From a virus, in IMG/VR virus record IMGVR_UViG_3300023179_000074, positions 14,320 to 78,319 of that record: a stretch of DNA of 64,000 nucleotides; one strand, given 5' to 3'. The stretch's first letter is position 1. Every line of letters begins with the position of its first letter. A program made the position numbers and the translations under genes. The notes beneath the pieces are model-generated. The model did no database searches. It saw nothing but the letters and a program-made list of their open reading frames with translations, and was not told where the DNA came from. Positions 58,233 through 64,000 of the stretch are shown piece after piece.

Positions 58233-58799
58233 GTGATTGAAAAAATAGAACTTAAGTCTAACAATATAATAATTCATAATTTCGAAAGTATTTTTTTAGA
58301 AAAAATAGATATAAAACTTTTAAATGAACTTCATAGTTATAATTTGCTAAAAGAAAGAATTAATAGTGATGCGAGAAAATTCTTTTTTCATTTTATTTTT
58401 TTTGAAACTTGTGAATATCTATTAAATTTAAAAAATAAAGAAAAAAATATAATTTACTTTGATTATAAACAGATTAATAAACCTTATCATATTTTAAAAC
58501 ATTTTAAAGAAGAAGAAGTTATTAAAAATATTTACAGTATTATTTTAAAAATGATTCGTTTATTGCCCATTAGAATATATGCGTCAAAGTATTCGTTTGA
58601 CTATTTTAATCATCTACTAGGAAAAAATGATGGAAAAGCTAGAGAAACACTTAACTTTATAAAGCATAGTATAAATTTAACAACCTTCGAAAAGTATACA
58701 TTTGCAAAATTAAAAAGATTTACATTTAAAAATAATCTTGTTTTTTTAAATCAAACATATTTTAACCAATTAAAAACCAAGCAACTTCTCATTAATTAA
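58233..58799 (+). CDS. Hypothetical protein
   Basis: Start refined to GTG 58233 (TTGATT-N17-TATACT-N5-GTG). Confidence 0.55.
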   Translation: MIEKIELKSNNIIIHNFESIFLEKIDIKLLNELHSYNLLKERINSDARKFFFHFIFFETCEYLLNLKNKEKNIIYFDYKQINKPYHILKHFKEEEVIKNIYSIILKMIRLLPIRIYASKYSFDYFNHLLGKNDGKARETLNFIKHSINLTTFEKYTFAKLKRFTFKNNLVFLNQTYFNQLKTKQLLIN

Positions 58800-58815
58800 T
58801 TAAATAAATAATATT

Positions 58816-59253
58816 ATGGCATTTCATGATATTTTAAATCGTTATTCCAAGTTAATTAACGAGCAGGAACCGGTACCTGCAGATGCTGCAGCTCCTGCCC
58901 CGCAAGCTGCTCAGCCTCAAGAACTTCCAAAGAATGAGCCAACTGCTGTGCCCCCTGAAGGGTATGTTGATATGGTAAGATTACTAGCTAAAGCTTTGAT
59001 AATGAATGTACCGTCTGGCTCGGTTGATGCATTATTTTCCCAGCCTATAACAAAAGAAAATGCTGTAGCTGTAAGAGAGGGCTTACAAAATGCCATAAAC
59101 ACAAGCGAAACTTTTGAGGACAATCCTCAAAGATTAGAGAATACTCATTACAGGGAATTTGCAAATTCTATTAATGAAAATAACTTTATGTTCAAATATA
59201 AACAAATTCTTTCCATGATGAAGAAATATAGTAATGATCCAAAACTATCATGA
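58816..59253 (+). CDS. Late hypothetical protein, possibly an internal head protein
   Basis: TAAATA-N5-ATG; MAFHDIL...LINEQ followed by a Pro/Ala linker. Confidence 0.55.
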   Translation: MAFHDILNRYSKLINEQEPVPADAAAPAPQAAQPQELPKNEPTAVPPEGYVDMVRLLAKALIMNVPSGSVDALFSQPITKENAVAVREGLQNAINTSETFEDNPQRLENTHYREFANSINENNFMFKYKQILSMMKKYSNDPKLS

Positions 59254-59254
59254 T

Positions 59255-60652
59255 ATGGAAAATAAAAAACAATATAAAAGCTTATCGGATGTTTATTTAA
59301 AAGAATCATTCGCTAAGCCTGTACCTCTTTTACCTAGACAAACTATCCTAAAAGAAGCAAAAGTACATATTACTTTTGATGATGGGAGAGTAAAGGAAGT
59401 TGTTACAAGCGATTATACAGCTAGTAAATTACTGGGTGTAGAGACAAAAATAACTTCTAATATTAATGAGCTGATTAAACAATGGTTTCAAGCTGGGGGT
59501 TGGGGTAATGAAGCTATAGGGATAGGTGTTCCACTTTTAATGACGATAATAGAGCGTAACTTAAAAACTAATAATACAGGTGTTGTAAAAGAAATAATTG
59601 AAGATATAAATGCTATTTTAAAAATAAAAAAATCTCTCAATAATTTTAAAGATAGCTTATCCGAGAAAAATTACAGTAGTTTTGTTAAAAATTTTCCTGT
59701 TAAGCTCAAACAACTAGGCGCTGCAAATCTCATAAAAGATATTGAAAAAAATTTAGTATTTATGGAGGGTAGTGTAGCTATAGGGCCCGGTGAGGTTTTA
59801 GCTACATTATACAGTGAAATGGTTAATCCTGAGAAAGGTGATTTAATGTTTCGTGATGGGCGTAAGGTGGAAGTCAAGGGCTCAACAACTGAGAAAAGTG
59901 GAGGCCGCCCGGGTGGAAAGAGTGCAGTTGATGCTGCTACAAGGGTATTAGCCACATTAAGAAAAGAATATGGAGTGCAATTGCAGCAAATGGATATGAA
60001 GACAAGTGAAGAGCTTAAAAAACTTTTTAGTCAAGCTAGAGAAAGAATCGATCCAAACATTAAGTTTCCTTCTAGTCAAAAAAATAAGAGCTTATTCATT
60101 GACATAACAAACAGATACCTCGCAGGTACTTTTAATTTAAATAACATTAAGGAAATAGGAAATTTAAAAGCGTTTGCAAAAGCAGGCGATGTATTAACTC
60201 AATCTAACATCGGTACGCAAATAATAAATCAGGTAGAAGCGTATAAGGAAGGAAGAGAAGGTAAAGAGATGAAAACATTTACAAATTATTTTAATGCCAC
60301 AAAGGACCCAATTGAATTAGCTAATAAAATTGTACTTTTTTCTGTTTATCCTGAAAATGTTAATAAAAATTTAATTTTAAAATATATAAATGATATAGGT
60401 AATAAGTTTGATTCTAGTTACGCTGCAAAAATTGTATCAGCAATTCAAATAGCAGATTATCAAGTAGAAGAGAAATTTAGTTATATTATATTTTTTAATG
60501 GCGTTACCGATAATCAAGTAGTAATAGGTGAATTTTCTGCAAACTATAATGATAATTTAAACAAATGTATAGCTAAATCATTAGAATTTAAGAATGTAAG
60601 TCCGGGAACTGGAGGAACGGTAGCGCGCGGTGGCTTTAATGTAATTGTATGA
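59255..60652 (+). CDS. Putative PD-(D/E)XK nuclease-fold protein
   Basis: GPGEVL...KGDLMFRDGRKVEVKG; start refined to ATG 59255, just after the upstream stop. Confidence 0.55.
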   Translation: MENKKQYKSLSDVYLKESFAKPVPLLPRQTILKEAKVHITFDDGRVKEVVTSDYTASKLLGVETKITSNINELIKQWFQAGGWGNEAIGIGVPLLMTIIERNLKTNNTGVVKEIIEDINAILKIKKSLNNFKDSLSEKNYSSFVKNFPVKLKQLGAANLIKDIEKNLVFMEGSVAIGPGEVLATLYSEMVNPEKGDLMFRDGRKVEVKGSTTEKSGGRPGGKSAVDAATRVLATLRKEYGVQLQQMDMKTSEELKKLFSQARERIDPNIKFPSSQKNKSLFIDITNRYLAGTFNLNNIKEIGNLKAFAKAGDVLTQSNIGTQIINQVEAYKEGREGKEMKTFTNYFNATKDPIELANKIVLFSVYPENVNKNLILKYINDIGNKFDSSYAAKIVSAIQIADYQVEEKFSYIIFFNGVTDNQVVIGEFSANYNDNLNKCIAKSLEFKNVSPGTGGTVARGGFNVIV

Positions 60653-61869
60653 TGACATTTAAGCAATTTCTTTTAGAAGGGGGTGTTGCTGGGCATATGG
60701 CACATCCTTTCGATCTACCTGCAGTAAATACCGGTAAAGATTTAATTAATATTTTTAATAAAATAGTTAAAAGTTTAAAAAAAACACCTTCTTCTGTGAA
60801 AATAGATGGTGTAAATGCTTCAATAAAGCTTATTACTAATTCAGAAGGAAATAAAGAATTTGCTATGGATAGAGGTTCTAATAAACCGGAAGATGTTGAG
60901 GGTGTTACTATAAGTAGGCTAACTTCAAGATTTCCGGAAGGACACGGTATGATTGAAACGGGTAAAACAGTTTTAAATATTTTTAATAAAGCAATACCTA
61001 GTATTGAAAGTGATCTTAAAAAATTAAAAATGTGGGATAATTCAAATATTCTTTTCAATATGGAATATGTCAAGGGTTCTACCAATGTAATTGGTTATGC
61101 TAATAACTTTTTAGCTATTCATGGTTTAAATGAAATTGTTGAAGTAAGAAGCCCCGTTCGCGGAAGTATAAGAAGAGCATCTAGGGAAATAAACTATGAT
61201 AAAAAAGCTCTACAGTCGTTAATAAGTAAAGTCGATCCTATTGCAAAAAAAGAAGGTTTTGATGTAGAGCATGAATTTAGTGTCAATCTTAATGATATTA
61301 ATTTTAATAAAGCTCTTAATAGTAATTTTACTGTAAATTATGATACAAAAAATATAGTAACAAAACCTCTTAGTTCTTGGTTACAGACTGCAAAAAATCC
61401 AAAAGCTGAAAAAATAAAATTAGCTTCAGGTAAAACTATTAGTGCAATGAGTTTAGAAAATTATAAAAATATAATTGGTGGTATTCCTATGAATCATTAT
61501 CTTGGCGATAATATAGATGCAATTGAAAAAGCTATTAATGGGGCTGTTTTTTATCATGCTACTATTCTTATGGGTGATACTTTGAAAGCTGGAGCGACGT
61601 CAAAGCTTGGAGGATTACAGAATCAAGAAGGTATTGTAATAAGAGATAGATCTATTTCTCCTAATCCGTTAAAAATTACTGGTAGCTTTATTACCGGTAA
61701 AGAAGCAGGAAAATTTGCAAGTATAAAGAAAACGGAAAACGAAGAGTACGGGATCAAAGGTCAATTAAAAAATATATCAAATATTAATAATATACATAAT
61801 TATGAAACTAACCCTCCTTTTAGTAAAGCAATATTGAGAGGGACGCTTACCCCGGGAATGTCAATATGA
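60649..61869 (+). CDS. Conserved phage protein with ATP-dependent ligase/nucleotidyltransferase-like motifs
   Basis: GHMAHPFD, SVKIDG (motif I KxDG), FNMEYV (III), EGIVIR (IV), LKITG (V). Confidence 0.55.
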   Translation: MMTFKQFLLEGGVAGHMAHPFDLPAVNTGKDLINIFNKIVKSLKKTPSSVKIDGVNASIKLITNSEGNKEFAMDRGSNKPEDVEGVTISRLTSRFPEGHGMIETGKTVLNIFNKAIPSIESDLKKLKMWDNSNILFNMEYVKGSTNVIGYANNFLAIHGLNEIVEVRSPVRGSIRRASREINYDKKALQSLISKVDPIAKKEGFDVEHEFSVNLNDINFNKALNSNFTVNYDTKNIVTKPLSSWLQTAKNPKAEKIKLASGKTISAMSLENYKNIIGGIPMNHYLGDNIDAIEKAINGAVFYHATILMGDTLKAGATSKLGGLQNQEGIVIRDRSISPNPLKITGSFITGKEAGKFASIKKTENEEYGIKGQLKNISNINNIHNYETNPPFSKAILRGTLTPGMSI

Positions 61870-62519
61870 AATTTGATGTATTGGTAAATGAAATTCTAAA
61901 AAAAGATAATAATCTGGTAGTTATTTTCCCGGGTAGATTTCAACCTTTTCATGTGGGGCATAAAAAATTTTATGAACTTGCAAAAAAGCAATTTCCAGGA
62001 GCGGATTTTTACATTGCAACATCAGACATACCTTTAAAAGCAGGTACTCAAGAACCAGAAAGATACCCCTTTAACTTTGAAGAAAAAAAAGCTATTATGA
62101 TAGCAGCAGGTATACCAGAATCGGAGATTGTCCAGACAGTGCAGCCTTATAAACCTGTTGAAATTTTGAGTAAATATGATCCAAATTTTACGAAAGCTAT
62201 ATTTGTTGTAGGTGAAAAGGATATGAAAGAAGATCCAAGATTTAAATTTGGTATTACTAAAAAAGGAACACCTTCTTATTTTCAGCCATTTAAAAATTTA
62301 AATGATATGGTTCCCTTTAAAGAACCGGATGGACATGGTTATATTTACTCTCCGGGAACTATATCCTTTCAGATAAATGGAAAGAATATTTCAAGCGCAT
62401 CAGAATTGAGAGAACTATTTAAAAAAACAAAGGAAAAAGAAAAAAAGAATATTGTAACGTCTATATTGGGTAAATTTGATCCAAAAATATATAATTTATT
62501 TTTAAATAAACTAAAGTAA
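61866..62519 (+). CDS. HIGH-motif cytidylyl/adenylyltransferase family protein
   Basis: FPGRFQPFHVGH, YPFNFEEK, VGEKD, ISSASELR. Confidence 0.85.
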   Translation: MKFDVLVNEILKKDNNLVVIFPGRFQPFHVGHKKFYELAKKQFPGADFYIATSDIPLKAGTQEPERYPFNFEEKKAIMIAAGIPESEIVQTVQPYKPVEILSKYDPNFTKAIFVVGEKDMKEDPRFKFGITKKGTPSYFQPFKNLNDMVPFKEPDGHGYIYSPGTISFQINGKNISSASELRELFKKTKEKEKKNIVTSILGKFDPKIYNLFLNKLK

Positions 62520-62520
62520 T

Positions 62521-63075
62521 TTATTTTTTTTCTAGTAAAATTATTGTTTCTAAGAGCACTTTTTCCAAAACTTCTCTAGATTCTTTCTTTAAAGTAGATC
62601 TTAATAGCTTAAGAATATTATCACTACCATTAGAAATAGCGTTAGTTAAAGTTTCTTCATTATTTTCCTCTACTTCAGAGAGACCGGAGCTATTCAATGC
62701 GCTTTCATAGTCTTCATAACCGAATGCTGATTCTAGTTGATCATGAGCATTAGTTATTTTGCTTAAAACCCAGGCTTCTACATTATCTTTGTTATTTAAT
62801 AAATCATGTAACATTGCAGAAAGTTTATGAATTCTAAATAGAAGCTGTCTAGACATCCTGCTATTACTATCGTAAGTTGCTGCATCGAATCCTTCACAAT
62901 CTTCATTTTTTTCTTCATTTTCACCTTTCATACAAGTGCGTTGAGGTACTTTTATCTTCTGAATCTGAGAAGGGCTCGGTAAAACGTCCTCATTATCACC
63001 ATGAGGACCAACATTCATTTCATTTATTTTATTAGAATAAATTTCATTTAAAAGGTGATAGTCTTTTGCAAACAT
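62521..63075 (-). CDS. Late hypothetical protein
   Basis: Start refined to ATG 63075 (TAAATA-N5); VEAWVLSKIT motif. Confidence 0.55.
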   Translation of the reverse strand: MFAKDYHLLNEIYSNKINEMNVGPHGDNEDVLPSPSQIQKIKVPQRTCMKGENEEKNEDCEGFDAATYDSNSRMSRQLLFRIHKLSAMLHDLLNNKDNVEAWVLSKITNAHDQLESAFGYEDYESALNSSGLSEVEENNEETLTNAISNGSDNILKLLRSTLKKESREVLEKVLLETIILLEKK

Positions 63076-63107
63076 ATAAATATTTATTAAAAACATTAAA
63101 TATTTTT

Positions 63108-63395
63108 ATGTTATTTGAAAGAGCGTTTATTAATCAATTAGAACACGATATAATAGAAGAAAAGAAAAATTCTAGATGTACAAAGGTCACAGGCCAACAA
63201 TCATCAACAAGATCAGACAAAAAATATATGAGATGCGCAAGAGTTAACGGTAAACTCAAAAGAGTGCATTATGGTGATCCAAAATTAAGAATAAAAAAAT
63301 CAAATTCAAAAAAAAGAAAATCATTTAGAGCAAGACATAAGTGTAGTTCTGCAAAACCCGGTACACCGAAATACTACAGTTGTAAGAATTGGTAA
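63108..63395 (+). CDS. Small basic late protein (FGDP...SFRARHKC type)
   Basis: Start refined to ATG 63108 (TAAATA-N5); VHYGDP...RKSFRARHKC...YYSCKNW. Confidence 0.65.
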   Translation: MLFERAFINQLEHDIIEEKKNSRCTKVTGQQSSTRSDKKYMRCARVNGKLKRVHYGDPKLRIKKSNSKKRKSFRARHKCSSAKPGTPKYYSCKNW

Positions 63396-63781
63396 TCTTT
63401 ACCTGTAGAATAAAAAACTCTCTTAAAATTAAGTTGATCTAAGAGAGATGTACAGCCCTCACACGGTTTTGAAAGATCTAATTTATGATTTCTATTAATA
63501 CGAGTATTGACTAATGTAAATCTTGAACAATCCTCATCTCCTAATTTTAGGATAGCAGACAATTCACTATGTACGCCTATAGTATCTGAAATATCCTCTC
63601 CTCTTCTATTAAAAAAACCTATTTTTAAATTTTTTGGATGGGTTTTATTGGGATTATTAAATCCTATAGAAATTAATCTATTTTTATGAAAAATAAATGA
63701 AAAATGCTTGCAACGATAATTACCATGCTTCTTTAAAAGAGCATACGAAATTTCTGTACATTTCTTAAATATATTATCCAT
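63374..63781 (-). CDS. Zinc-dependent cytidine/dCMP deaminase-fold protein
   Basis: VHSE...SKPCEGC (HxE...PCxxC). Confidence 0.8.
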   Translation of the reverse strand: MDNIFKKCTEISYALLKKHGNYRCKHFSFIFHKNRLISIGFNNPNKTHPKNLKIGFFNRRGEDISDTIGVHSELSAILKLGDEDCSRFTLVNTRINRNHKLDLSKPCEGCTSLLDQLNFKRVFYSTGKDYQFLQL

Positions 63782-63828
63782 ACTAACATGTTAAATGAAA
63801 AGATAATTAAAATCAATAAATATCTTAT

Positions 63829-64000
63829 ATGGAACCTTTTAAGGATTTTTTCAAAAGACCAATTTTCGGCGTTACCGAAATTATTGATATTAATGGTATT
63901 GGAAGGCTTAAGGCAAAAATTGATAGTGGTAATGAAGCTTATAATGTTTTGCATGGGGTGGATATCTCTGAAGACGGTGAAAATATTTCTTTTACTACCG
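63829..64000 (+). CDS. Retropepsin-like protease (RimK-associated / Zn_protease type), partial; not in the ORF track
   Basis: MEPFKDFFKRPIFGVTEIIDINGIGRLKAKIDSGNEAYNVLHG with the AKID(T/S)G motif; TAAATA-N6-ATG. Confidence 0.7.
   Translation, partial: MEPFKDFFKRPIFGVTEIIDINGIGRLKAKIDSGNEAYNVLHGVDISEDGENISFTT

Noticed and set aside
1-64000. Stop-codon reassignment (common in large phages)
   Set aside because: Core genes are full length in code 11, and TAA, TAG and TGA all end genes at expected positions
1-64000. tRNA, rRNA or long ncRNA genes
   Set aside because: Intergenic gaps are almost all under 70 bp and AT-rich; no cloverleaf recognised by eye (tRNAscan-SE/Infernal not run)

Overview
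A 64-kb AT-rich segment of a large T4-like (Tevenvirinae-style gene content) myovirus genome in the standard genetic code. From left to right: a glycosylation cluster (GT10-like, methyltransferase, GT60-like) next to a lectin/Pro-Thr mucin-like fibre protein; the baseplate, tail and terminase module (gp6, gp25, gp53, gp26-like, gp19, gp18, gp17, neck); then the replication, recombination and transcription module (gp61, gp45, gp32, gp41, UvsX, gp43, gp46/47, gp55, UvsW, UvsY). Auxiliary genes include dUTPase, an NDP-rhamnose epimerase/reductase, ribosomal protein bS21, QueC, a class-II glutamine amidotransferase and a deaminase. Main observations: (1) nearly all transcription units look leaderless, with either TAAATA or TTG...TATAAT lying 5-7 nt before the start codon; (2) the clear exception is the amidotransferase gene, whose N-terminal 127 codons the ORF track missed because it starts at an ATT codon behind a perfect AAGGAGG Shine-Dalgarno, close to phage queC and bS21; (3) a candidate mucin-type O-glycosylation system for a virion fibre; (4) a family of late genes with T4-like capsid-targeting N-termini, including a coupled nuclease / ligase-fold / nucleotidyltransferase operon; (5) a frameshifted baseplate gene and a nested in-frame isoform. 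All protein calls rest on motif recognition and synteny only; no database searches were run.
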